Source: Patescibacteria group bacterium (GTDB lineage Bacteria > Patescibacteriota > Microgenomatia > UBA12405). Taken from it: 64,000 bases of DNA. Where the stretch lies: contig JBMNON010000002.1 in assembly GCA_050943115.1 (NCBI GenBank), forward strand, positions 27,157 through 91,156. The letters are read 5' to 3'. Under the pieces are notes generated by a model that was not told the origin of the DNA, did not search any database, and was given only the letters and a program-made list of their open reading frames with translations. Each line of letters starts with the position of its first letter. The first letter of the stretch is position 1. The position numbers and the translations under genes were made by a program. This document shows, one piece after another, positions 47,321-56,193 of the stretch.

Positions 47321-47548
47321 TGTTTTAATAATAGCAGATAAGCAAGCAATGGGTAAGTCAGAAATCACGTATTATGGGATATGTATCTTTAATAAATAAA
47401 GATTAGCAATCGAATGTAGCGACTGATAATGATAGCTTTGTTTTAAAAAACGCCATATTTATGCGTAAATAGTGTGTATTATTATATAAGTATATAAGAG
47501 TACAATATATATCAAAATAAATCAATGAAAATGATTATATTATAGGTT

Positions 47549-48169
47549 TTATTTAATAAGATTAATTATTATTCTTTGTAAAGCTAATTCTTTTGATATT
47601 TTTAATTCTCCGATTTTATTTTGGTAGTCTAATTCAATCATTTGAAGATAAGCTTTTTTTATGGAACCCGAATCGAAGCGGGAATGGGAGATTAATTGTT
47701 TGCGTAAATTTGACTTAAGAAGATAGAGAAAAAGGTCGTAGAGGTTTTGCTCTATAACATTTTCATAGAGAGGGATAAAAGTTTTTAGATTGTGGGGTTT
47801 GATTGCGTTAAGACAAGCAAAGAGTTTGTTGTCAAGACGGAATAGTTCGATTTTTGATTTTGAGAAGGATTTTAGCTGGTTAGCTTTCAAGATTTTATCC
47901 TGCCAGATGACGATATCTGAAGCGGTGTTTGAGTTAATTATTTTTATAATTTTGTCTTGGGCAGATTTGTTGATAGAAAAAAAATTGGATAGGGCTAAAA
48001 TTTTAGTGTTCTCAAAAAGGGACGTTCCGTTTAAAAAATTGTTAATAATATCAGGATTGGTTTCCTTGCTGTCCAGGCGAAGTATGTTAGTGTTTTTGGC
48101 GTTATCAAGATGTTTGAGAAAAGCTTCACGGCTGTCTTTGGGATTATCTCCGTGATAAATATAGATCAT
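47549..48169 (-). CDS. DNA polymerase III delta subunit-like (HolA-like)
   Basis: Start at MIYIYHGDNP. The longer N-terminal extension is antisense to tRNA-Glu. Weak HolA-like pattern. Confidence 0.4.
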   Translation of the reverse strand: MIYIYHGDNPKDSREAFLKHLDNAKNTNILRLDSKETNPDIINNFLNGTSLFENTKILALSNFFSINKSAQDKIIKIINSNTASDIVIWQDKILKANQLKSFSKSKIELFRLDNKLFACLNAIKPHNLKTFIPLYENVIEQNLYDLFLYLLKSNLRKQLISHSRFDSGSIKKAYLQMIELDYQNKIGELKISKELALQRIIINLIK

Positions 48170-48262
48170 GTATAGGAAATTATAACCTGAAAGTATATTG
48201 GGGAATAAAAGCTGGAATTTGGGCGTGGTTGCTGATAAAATTAGAGCGTTTCCGATAGAAAC

Positions 48263-48336
48263 GGCCCCATCGTCTAGTGGCCTAGGACTCCTGGCTTTCA
48301 TCCAGGCAATCGGGGGTTCGAATCCCCCTGGGGTCA
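48263..48336 (+). tRNA. tRNA-Glu (anticodon TTC)
   Basis: GGCCCCA acceptor. Loop CTTTCAT. Confidence 0.85.
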
Positions 48337-48344
48337 CAAAATTT

Positions 48345-48716
48345 ATGACTGAAAATGAAAGAAAATTTGTAATAATTGAGGATGACCTTGGTTGGCAAGG
48401 AACACTTAAGCGGTTTATAACGAGAAATGGCTACATGGTGGTTGGTTCGGTAAGTACTTTAAGGGATGCCCTAGAAATTATTCCACGATTTGGTGAGATG
48501 GGGGTAACCGACGTAACAGTTGATGGTAATTTGGACGAATATAGGCGAGGAAGTGACGGAACAGAGATAATCAAACAGCTGGAGGCTGTTTCTCCAGAGA
48601 TACGAATAATTAAGATTGCAGGAGAGAATTTTTATGATGATACACATCCTTTTGTTGATAAATCAGATCGTAATGTAGCTGCTTTGTTGCTTGAAGCAAT
48701 TTCGCGTATGGACTAA
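48345..48716 (+). CDS. stand-alone response-regulator receiver (CheY-like) domain protein
   Basis: KFVIIEDDL acidic pocket and a (beta-alpha)5-like pattern. 123 aa. Confidence 0.5.
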   Translation: MTENERKFVIIEDDLGWQGTLKRFITRNGYMVVGSVSTLRDALEIIPRFGEMGVTDVTVDGNLDEYRRGSDGTEIIKQLEAVSPEIRIIKIAGENFYDDTHPFVDKSDRNVAALLLEAISRMD

Positions 48717-48770
48717 GCTATATTGTAAGATTGACTTACATTAAAGGGGCGGGTTCCTTTGGGTAAGGGA

Positions 48771-49406
48771 TTAAATGATTGTTTCTCTACTCTGGCCATG
48801 GTTTTTTATTATTACCCCAAGAACTACAAATACTAAGCTTATAATTTGAGCAATTTTAATGTTGGCTATTGCCCAGGTATCTTCACGCAGGAATTCAAGA
48901 AAAAAGCGGATAAATCCATAACTAATCATATAGATTGCTGCTTTGTTTTTTTTAACCTTTAAAATGAGAGCAAATAGGAGAAGATTAAGAATAGATTCAT
49001 AGAGCCAGACGGGTTGTCCTGATGGGCTATAAACCTCACGATTTAATAAGTTACCAAATCGACCGATAGATTGGGCCAGGGGTAATGGTATAACTACTTG
49101 ATTAACGAGTTTGATAAAACTAATGTTTTTAAATTGGCAGAAAACATAGATAAATAATGCTCCACCTAGAAGAGCGCCATAGATACCCAGACCTCCGTTC
49201 CATGTTTTAATAATTTCTAGGTGGTTGTCGGTGTAGTAATCCCAATAATCAAGGACATGATAAAGACGAGCGCCAATAACACCTGATAAAATTGTGCCAA
49301 ATATAAAATAATTGAGATGTTTTGGGGAAAGCAGGGTGTTTTGTTTTTCGAATATGAATACAGATGCAACGATGGCAATACCAATAAGAAAACCGTAAAG
49401 ATGCAT
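48771..49406 (-). CDS. lgt: prolipoprotein diacylglyceryl transferase
   Basis: GARLYHVLDYW and GRFGNLLNREVYS (Lgt signature G-R-x-G-N-F-x-N). Confidence 0.75.
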   Translation of the reverse strand: MHLYGFLIGIAIVASVFIFEKQNTLLSPKHLNYFIFGTILSGVIGARLYHVLDYWDYYTDNHLEIIKTWNGGLGIYGALLGGALFIYVFCQFKNISFIKLVNQVVIPLPLAQSIGRFGNLLNREVYSPSGQPVWLYESILNLLLFALILKVKKNKAAIYMISYGFIRFFLEFLREDTWAIANIKIAQIISLVFVVLGVIIKNHGQSRETII

Positions 49407-49432
49407 TTGGAGATATTATACTGGAGAATTTG

Positions 49433-49509
49433 TGGTGGGTCCTGAGAGACTCGAACTCTCGACCACCTGCTTAAAAGGCAGATGCTCTAACCAACTGAGC
49501 TAAGGACCC
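49433..49509 (-). tRNA. tRNA-Lys (anticodon TTT)
   Basis: GGGTCCT acceptor, loop CTTTTAA, CCA encoded. Confidence 0.85.
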
Positions 49510-49515
49510 GAGGAT

Positions 49516-49830
49516 TTATAAAGTTCTAGCTTTAGAATCCCGAAGGTAGTAAAGCTTGGCTCTACGAACAGTTCTTTTGGGACCGCGTAGTTTTTTGATG
49601 CTGTCTATCCAGGGCGATTGAACCGGAAAGATTCTTTCAACAAAAATTCCATCCGAAGCTGATTTTCTGACGACGAAATTTTGATTTTCATTGCGGCCTT
49701 TAACGGACAGAATGATGCCGTCGAAAGCTTGGATTCTTTCCCTATCACCTTTTTCTTTTATTTTGTAGTTGACTTTGATTGTGTCACCTACATTGAATTC
49801 GGTGTCGTTATGTGTAAATTTTAGAGCCAT
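49516..49830 (-). CDS. rplS: 50S ribosomal protein L19
   Basis: FNVGDTIKVNYKIKEKGDRERIQAFDGIIL... Confidence 0.85.
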   Translation of the reverse strand: MALKFTHNDTEFNVGDTIKVNYKIKEKGDRERIQAFDGIILSVKGRNENQNFVVRKSASDGIFVERIFPVQSPWIDSIKKLRGPKRTVRRAKLYYLRDSKARTL

Positions 49831-49911
49831 TTTTTTATTAAATTTGCTTTGAAATTATAGCAGATGGAACTTTGGTATTCTAGCACAAGGTTTGGTTAAA
49901 TGAAAGGAAGT

Positions 49912-52900
49912 TTATTTGAGGATATTGGCGATATCTTCTGCCAGTTTTTTAGTATAGTTAACTCCGTATGAGAGCGGTATGTTTTTGCCATTGGCAAGAA
50001 TTATCAATCCGCGGTGGCCATTTGGGTTCTTTTTCAATAAATTATTAAGCAACATTAACTTGTTTTGGCTTGTCCCTTGGGGGATTTGAATAACAAAATC
50101 ATATTCTTTGGCGGACGAGCTTTTAGGTACTTCTTCTGAAAGGATGTCTATGAGGATAGAAAATTCATCATTACGAATATTAGTTTTTCCTTCAAAGTAG
50201 ACGGGCTTGTTCTCTTCCAATAATAATTTACATTCTTCATAAGTTTTCGGAAATATAACTGCTTCAACTTTATGGCTTTCATCCTCCATGGTAACAAAAG
50301 CCATTTGGGCATTGTTTTTCTTGGTGCGGATGACTTTAAATTTTGAGATCACGGCGGCACCTTTAACATTTACATTGGGGTCAGTACGGGAAAGATTTTC
50401 GAGATTGGTAAAGCCGTACTTTTGGAAGGGTTCGAGAATTTTTGTAATCGGATTTTCAGTGATGAATATTCCCATTAGTTGTTTTTCCAAGGCCAATTTT
50501 TCCTTTTGAGGTAATTCTTCCATTTCAGGAAGATTGTCGGGCGGAGCTTCGAGTTTAACTGCTTGGGTGGTGGTAACGTTGTCAAAAAGACCAAATTGTC
50601 CGTTTGATTTTTTGCCCTTAAGTTTTTCGATGTCGGTTCGGATGCGGTCAAGGGATGACAGGAGAGCACTTCTTTTGCCAAACATGTCCATGGCTCCAAC
50701 CTTTATCAAACTTTCAAGGACTCTTTTGTTGACTTTTTGTCCGTCAACCCGAAGACAGAAATCGGAAAGGCTTTTGAACTCGCCGTTGTTTCTTTCATCT
50801 AAGATTACTTCGATGGCGGCTTCGCCAACATTTTTGATGGCATTAAGACCAAAGCGAATTGCCAGACCATCTAATGATTTTTCGTCCGATTCCATGGTAA
50901 AACCACTATAGGAACGGTTGATATCCGGGGGGTGAATAACAATCCCCATGTGACGGCATTCTTCAATTCCCGATGAAACTTTTTCGGTGTCTTCAGCCTC
51001 TGCGGTAAGGAGGGCACACATGTATTCAACTGGGTAATTGGCTTTCATGTAAGCAGTACGGTAAGCCAACATGCCATAGGAAGCCGCATGGGCTTTGTTA
51101 AAACCATAGGAAGTGAAGGGTTCAATATAACCGAAGATTTCTTGAGCTTTTTCCTGGGAATATCCGTTATTTATGCAACCCTGGATAAACTTTTCTTTTT
51201 GGGCAGCCATTTCTTCAGGAATTTTTTTACCTATAGCTTTACGGAACTTATCGACCTCTGTCCAGTTATAGCCGGCTAGTTCGATGGCAGTATAAAGACA
51301 ATCATCCTGGTAGACAAGAAGTCCATAGGTTTTGTTCAAAAATTTTTCCATTTTAGGGTCAAAATAAGTGGTTTTTGAGGGGTCGCTTTTTCTGGCAATG
51401 TATTCCGGAATCATAGCCATCGGTCCGGGACGATAAAGAGCCACCATGGCCATTAGATCCTCTACCCTTTCCGGTTTTAGCTCTTTGAGCCATTTGGTCA
51501 TTCCTTCGCCTGACAGCTGAAAAACCCCCATAGTGTCTCCCCTGGAAAGCATTTCAAAAGTTTTTTGGTCGTCAAGGGGAATTTTTCTTAGATTTACTTC
51601 GATGTCTTTAGTTTTCCTAACATTTATAACGGATTCACGGAGAAAGGAAAGGTTGCGGATTCCCAGTATGTCGAATTTAATTAAGCCAACGTCTTCACAA
51701 GCGTGCATTTCATATTGGGTGATTTGCTTGTCGCCGCCGGTTTCTAATTGTGTCGGTGTGAAATCGTTGATGTCTGAAGGAGAGATGACTATGGCGCAGG
51801 CATGAACACTGATGTGACGGGCGCAGCCTTCGATTTGTTTGGCAGTGTCAAGAATTTTTTTGGTATCAGGATCTTTGACGTAAAGATCTTTTAGATCGGG
51901 GGTCGTTTCGATAGCTTTGTCTATAGACATGGGAAACCCTTGTGAGCCCATAGGGATTAATTTACTTATCCTATCCCCGACGGCATATTCGTAGCCCAGT
52001 ACTCGGGCGGTGTCCCTAACAGCACCTCGGGCCATCATTCGACCAAAGGTACAGATTTGGGCGACGCTTTGTTCGCCGTATTGCTCAGTAATGTGGTAGA
52101 GCATTTCCTGACGCTTAACATCGGCGATATCGAGGTCGATATCGGGAGGTGAAGGCCTGTCCTTGTTTAAAAATCTTTCAAATGGCAGTTGGTAAATTAG
52201 GGGGTCAACTGAAGTAATTCCAAGGACAAAAGCTACAAGGCAGCCGGCAGCTGATCCTCTGGTATTGGTAGGTGTATCGTTGCTTTCGGTCCATTGAACA
52301 AAGTCACGCATGATCAAAAAGTAAGGGGCATAGCCTTTTGAGCAAATTACTTCCAATTCATAATCGAGCCTATCTTTGATTTCTGTTGTAATTTCTCCAT
52401 AGTGCTCTTTGGCTTGACCGTAAACTAAATCACTTAAAGTCTCTTCTGCGGTTTTTCCCTCAGGGAGTGGAAATTTTGGGAAGTACCAGTTACCAAGTTC
52501 AATATTTACGTCACATTTGTCAGCAATTTTTACGGTATTTTCGATAGCATCGGGATATTGGGCGAACTGTTCTATCATTTCTTGTGGAGTTTTTATATAA
52601 AAATCAGGGATATCGTACATGGAAAGACGGTTGGGTGTATCGATGGTGGTTTGGGTATTGATCATCATAAGTACATCTTGGGCGAAAGCGTCTTCTTTGT
52701 TTATGTAGTGAGCATCGTTGGCGGCTACTAATGGGATGGCCAATTTGCGACTAATTTTGACTATGCCTTCATTGGATTTGTCCTGGTCTTTTAATCCCGG
52801 ATGGACTTGAATTTCCAGATAATAGTCAGATCCGAATAGTTTTTGGTAGTCCAGCGCTCTTCTTTCTGCCTTTTCCTCTTCCCCATTTAGCAACAGTTGT

Positions 52901-53328
52901 GATATCTCCCCTTCGACACAGGCACTGGTGCAAATAATACCTTCGTGATATTTTTGTAGAGTTTCCCAATCAATTCTTGGTTTATAGTAGAACCCCTCAA
53001 GGTAGCTGATACTGATCATTTTCATAAGGTTCTGGTAGCCTTGATTGTTTTTGGCAAGTAAGATTATGTGATAGTTTCTTCTATTTTCGGCTGTACGATC
53101 ATGGCGACCCTTGGGGGCTATGTAGAGTTCGGCTCCAATAATCGGTTTAACTTCTGATTTCTGACAGGCTTTGTAAAATTCTATTGCCCCGTACATGTTG
53201 CCATGATCAGTGATAGCGATAGCGTTCATCCCCATTTCCTTGATGGCAGGAACAAGTTTTTTTATCTTTGATAAGCCGTCCAAGAGCGAGTATTCGGTAT
53301 GGACATGTAGATGGACAAAATCAGACAT
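49912..53328 (-). CDS. dnaE: DNA polymerase III alpha subunit
   Basis: PHP domain N-terminus HLHVHTEYSLLDG. 1138 aa with polymerase core, fingers and OB fold. Confidence 0.9.
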   Translation of the reverse strand: MSDFVHLHVHTEYSLLDGLSKIKKLVPAIKEMGMNAIAITDHGNMYGAIEFYKACQKSEVKPIIGAELYIAPKGRHDRTAENRRNYHIILLAKNNQGYQNLMKMISISYLEGFYYKPRIDWETLQKYHEGIICTSACVEGEISQLLLNGEEEKAERRALDYQKLFGSDYYLEIQVHPGLKDQDKSNEGIVKISRKLAIPLVAANDAHYINKEDAFAQDVLMMINTQTTIDTPNRLSMYDIPDFYIKTPQEMIEQFAQYPDAIENTVKIADKCDVNIELGNWYFPKFPLPEGKTAEETLSDLVYGQAKEHYGEITTEIKDRLDYELEVICSKGYAPYFLIMRDFVQWTESNDTPTNTRGSAAGCLVAFVLGITSVDPLIYQLPFERFLNKDRPSPPDIDLDIADVKRQEMLYHITEQYGEQSVAQICTFGRMMARGAVRDTARVLGYEYAVGDRISKLIPMGSQGFPMSIDKAIETTPDLKDLYVKDPDTKKILDTAKQIEGCARHISVHACAIVISPSDINDFTPTQLETGGDKQITQYEMHACEDVGLIKFDILGIRNLSFLRESVINVRKTKDIEVNLRKIPLDDQKTFEMLSRGDTMGVFQLSGEGMTKWLKELKPERVEDLMAMVALYRPGPMAMIPEYIARKSDPSKTTYFDPKMEKFLNKTYGLLVYQDDCLYTAIELAGYNWTEVDKFRKAIGKKIPEEMAAQKEKFIQGCINNGYSQEKAQEIFGYIEPFTSYGFNKAHAASYGMLAYRTAYMKANYPVEYMCALLTAEAEDTEKVSSGIEECRHMGIVIHPPDINRSYSGFTMESDEKSLDGLAIRFGLNAIKNVGEAAIEVILDERNNGEFKSLSDFCLRVDGQKVNKRVLESLIKVGAMDMFGKRSALLSSLDRIRTDIEKLKGKKSNGQFGLFDNVTTTQAVKLEAPPDNLPEMEELPQKEKLALEKQLMGIFITENPITKILEPFQKYGFTNLENLSRTDPNVNVKGAAVISKFKVIRTKKNNAQMAFVTMEDESHKVEAVIFPKTYEECKLLLEENKPVYFEGKTNIRNDEFSILIDILSEEVPKSSSAKEYDFVIQIPQGTSQNKLMLLNNLLKKNPNGHRGLIILANGKNIPLSYGVNYTKKLAEDIANILK

Positions 53329-53447
53329 GATGTTTAATTTTGCAGGATTCTAGTAACTGTTTCAACAACTAATCAGTAGTGTTTGGGCACATTTAAAAAC
53401 ACTATATTTAGGCAGGATAATTTACTATAAACTAAAATTTGCAGAAT

Positions 53448-54329
53448 TTAAAGCATTTGTTCGAGAGCTTTTATCCTTTCTTCAATTGGAGGGTGCGTAG
53501 AAAAGAGACTGGCAATTTTGTTGCCCTTGAATGGATTTTTTATGTAGAGAGAGGCGGTAGCGGTTGAAGCGGATTCCAAGGGGTTTGGATCCTGCGCGAT
53601 AATCTTTAGGGCTTCCAGGAGGCCTTGCGGTTGGCGGGTAATTTTGACGCCGCTAGCATCAGCAAGGTATTCACGGCGACGGGAGATGGCCAGTTGGATT
53701 AGTTGGGCAATAAGCGGGGCAAGGATAATCAAGACAAGGCCGATAATGGCAAATAAACCACCGCTACTGTTTTTTCTGTCGCGGTTTCTAGAGAACATTC
53801 CCCTTGTTGTTATATTGATGAGTATAGAAAGTGAGCCGATGAGAATACTGACTATGGTCATTAGTCGGATGTCATAGTTTTGGATGTGGGAAAGTTCGTG
53901 GGCGATAACGCCTTCAAGCTGGGTTCTATTTAACTTGTTGAGGAGACCGGTAGTAACAGCAATCACAGAGTGTTGAGGATCGCGGCCGGTGGCGAATGCG
54001 TTCGTTGCCTGGCTATCAATGACAAAAGTTTGGGGCTTTGGTAAGCCCTGTGAAAGAGCCAAGTTCTCGGTAACTGTAAAGTAATCAAAAAATTCTTCCC
54101 GTGAGGCTGGGCGGGCGTGGTTTAGGCTAAGGACTATTTTATCTCCATAGAAGTAGCTAATTAATGAGGAGAAAGTAGAAAGGACAAGAGCAAGAACGGT
54201 AAAACCCGGTCCCAGGTCAAACAAGTAAGAAATAAGGTAAGCTACACCAAAAATAAAGGCAATAAAAAAGACTATGACCACAGTTGATCTGGTTTTGTTA
54301 CTTTCTACCTGTTCGTAAACATTAAGCAT
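53448..54329 (-). CDS. htpX: M48-family zinc metalloprotease HtpX
   Basis: HELSHIQNYD (HExxH) and TM helices. Confidence 0.8.
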   Translation of the reverse strand: MLNVYEQVESNKTRSTVVIVFFIAFIFGVAYLISYLFDLGPGFTVLALVLSTFSSLISYFYGDKIVLSLNHARPASREEFFDYFTVTENLALSQGLPKPQTFVIDSQATNAFATGRDPQHSVIAVTTGLLNKLNRTQLEGVIAHELSHIQNYDIRLMTIVSILIGSLSILINITTRGMFSRNRDRKNSSGGLFAIIGLVLIILAPLIAQLIQLAISRRREYLADASGVKITRQPQGLLEALKIIAQDPNPLESASTATASLYIKNPFKGNKIASLFSTHPPIEERIKALEQML

Positions 54330-54331
54330 TG

Positions 54332-54913
54332 TTAGAGATTGACGTCGGGATTTTTGGTTTCCTGTTGGGTGACCTCCAGATGTTGACCTTCAAGGGCAGT
54401 TTCCAGTCCCTTTTCTTCTCTAAAGCCAAAAGCGGAAGCAAACCAAACACCGGGAATGGTATTAATGGCGGTATTGTAATCAGCTGTAAGGTCGATCAGT
54501 GTTCTTCGGGCATACATAATTTTGTCAGCAGTATCACGAAGCTCATTCATTAGATTGGAAATGATGTTGGAAGCTTTAATTTCAGGATTGCTTTCGACAA
54601 CAACACGAAGAGCGCCAAGAGCTTTACCGATTAATTCTTGGGATTGGTCAAGCTTTTTGGTGTCATTGGTATCGACAGCTTGAGATATCATTTTTCTGGC
54701 ATCGGTTAAATTATCAAAAATGCCTTTTTCATGCTTCATATAACCTTTGACTGAATCCACCAAATTAGGGATTAATCCGGCTTGACGTTTAAGCTGGTTG
54801 CCAATTTCCTGAATTGAAGCTTTTATTCTGACTTGATAAGTTTTGAGGCGGTTGTAAAAGCCAATTATGTAAAGCACTAAAACTGCAATTGCTGCTAAAA
54901 CTACGATTATCAT
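54332..54913 (-). CDS. lemA: LemA family protein
   Basis: N-terminal TM and YNRLKTYQVRIKASIQEI. Confidence 0.75.
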   Translation of the reverse strand: MIIVVLAAIAVLVLYIIGFYNRLKTYQVRIKASIQEIGNQLKRQAGLIPNLVDSVKGYMKHEKGIFDNLTDARKMISQAVDTNDTKKLDQSQELIGKALGALRVVVESNPEIKASNIISNLMNELRDTADKIMYARRTLIDLTADYNTAINTIPGVWFASAFGFREEKGLETALEGQHLEVTQQETKNPDVNL

Positions 54914-54925
54914 TTGTTTTATTTG

Positions 54926-55972
54926 TTAACTGTTATGTGATTTAGTATAGCATTTTTGGGCTTCTTCTATTTCGTTTTCACCAATCCTGTTTGGGGGCTC
55001 TATGTAGCAGAGTTTAAGAAAATTATAGAAATCTTTTTCATTTTCGAAGTGATGGATTTTACCTGAGCGTAAATCCTTGATACCGTATTCTGAAAGGCTG
55101 AAACCCAGATTTTGGGCATAACGGCGGAGAAGAATATTGTGCTGACGGGAGCCGGTAAAGTGCTGAAGGAGTGATCCAAAAGTTTGAGGGGGTTGAACCA
55201 TGAGATCAATTCTAATGTCGTTCTTAATTTTTATGGAAGCTTTTTTTGGGCCTTTAGTTATTGTTTGAATGTTTTCCGGGTAGTCGATGAAATGATTTAG
55301 GATTTCTTCCGTTTGATCTGATTTTGCTGCAATATCAATATCTCCTACCGATGATGCTTGGCGACGGAGGGAACCGAGAGGGATAAATTCAGTATTGGGG
55401 AATTTTTTACTCAGATAATTAATAATTTTTTGAGAGATGTTTTCGGCTTCGACCAGTTTCATCCGTCTTTTCCGGCCCATAAAATTTAGAGTATTTTCGA
55501 GTATAAGCTCTTCTGATTTTTCTCCGAAATCAGGAAAGTTCCGAATTTTTTTGGCTTGAGCGTAATCTATTAGTTCTTCCAGAGCATTTTCAGGATCTTC
55601 GGAGAACTTCAAATTATTGGTAAGTTTGTGGGCAGTTTTAGGTCCGATACCGGTGATTTTTGTAAATGTAAATACGACGGGGTGAATGCCGGAAAATGTT
55701 TTTAAAACTGAGGTAGGCAGTTGATGATGAGTAAAAAGATAGTCCAGTTTTTTTAGGATGCTCTCCCCTATTCCCGGTAATTCGTCTAATAAATTTTTAT
55801 CTTTTTGCCAAAGTTTTTGAATCGATTTGGTTTGGTTGTAAATGGTTTCAGCGGCATTTTGATAGGAAACAATCCGAAAATAATTTTTGTTTTTTATCTC
55901 GTAAGCTGTGGCGATGTTTTCCAGAAGTTCTCCTATTTCGGTGTTGGTGTAATTTTCCTTATCAAGATACAT
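54926..55972 (-). CDS. family X DNA polymerase core (Pol-beta-like, no PHP domain)
   Basis: HhH motifs (LPGIGESI, ITGIGPKTA) and nucleotidyltransferase GSLRRQASSVGDIDI. Confidence 0.7.
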   Translation of the reverse strand: MYLDKENYTNTEIGELLENIATAYEIKNKNYFRIVSYQNAAETIYNQTKSIQKLWQKDKNLLDELPGIGESILKKLDYLFTHHQLPTSVLKTFSGIHPVVFTFTKITGIGPKTAHKLTNNLKFSEDPENALEELIDYAQAKKIRNFPDFGEKSEELILENTLNFMGRKRRMKLVEAENISQKIINYLSKKFPNTEFIPLGSLRRQASSVGDIDIAAKSDQTEEILNHFIDYPENIQTITKGPKKASIKIKNDIRIDLMVQPPQTFGSLLQHFTGSRQHNILLRRYAQNLGFSLSEYGIKDLRSGKIHHFENEKDFYNFLKLCYIEPPNRIGENEIEEAQKCYTKSHNS

Positions 55973-56069
55973 AGTTATATTATAATCCTTCCCGAAGGTT
56001 GGAGTAAATTGTTATTTGCCGGTTGTCAGCATAAAATACTTTTGCTATAGTATCCTGTACTCTTGAGCA

Positions 56070-56143
56070 GGGCCCATGGTGCAGCGGTCTAGCACATCCG
56101 CCTGTCACGCGGAAGATCGTGGGTTCGAATCCCATTGGGCCCG
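56070..56143 (+). tRNA. tRNA-Asp (anticodon GTC)
   Basis: GGGCCCA acceptor. Loop CTGTCAC. Confidence 0.85.
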
Positions 56144-56150
56144 CAAAGTA

Positions 56151-56176
56151 TCCGCCTTAATAGGCGGATTTTTTTT
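56151..56176 (+). terminator. intrinsic terminator after tRNA-Asp
   Basis: TCCGCC-ttaata-GGCGGA followed by TTTTTTTT. Confidence 0.7.
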
Positions 56177-56193
56177 GGTTTTGATGATAAATT

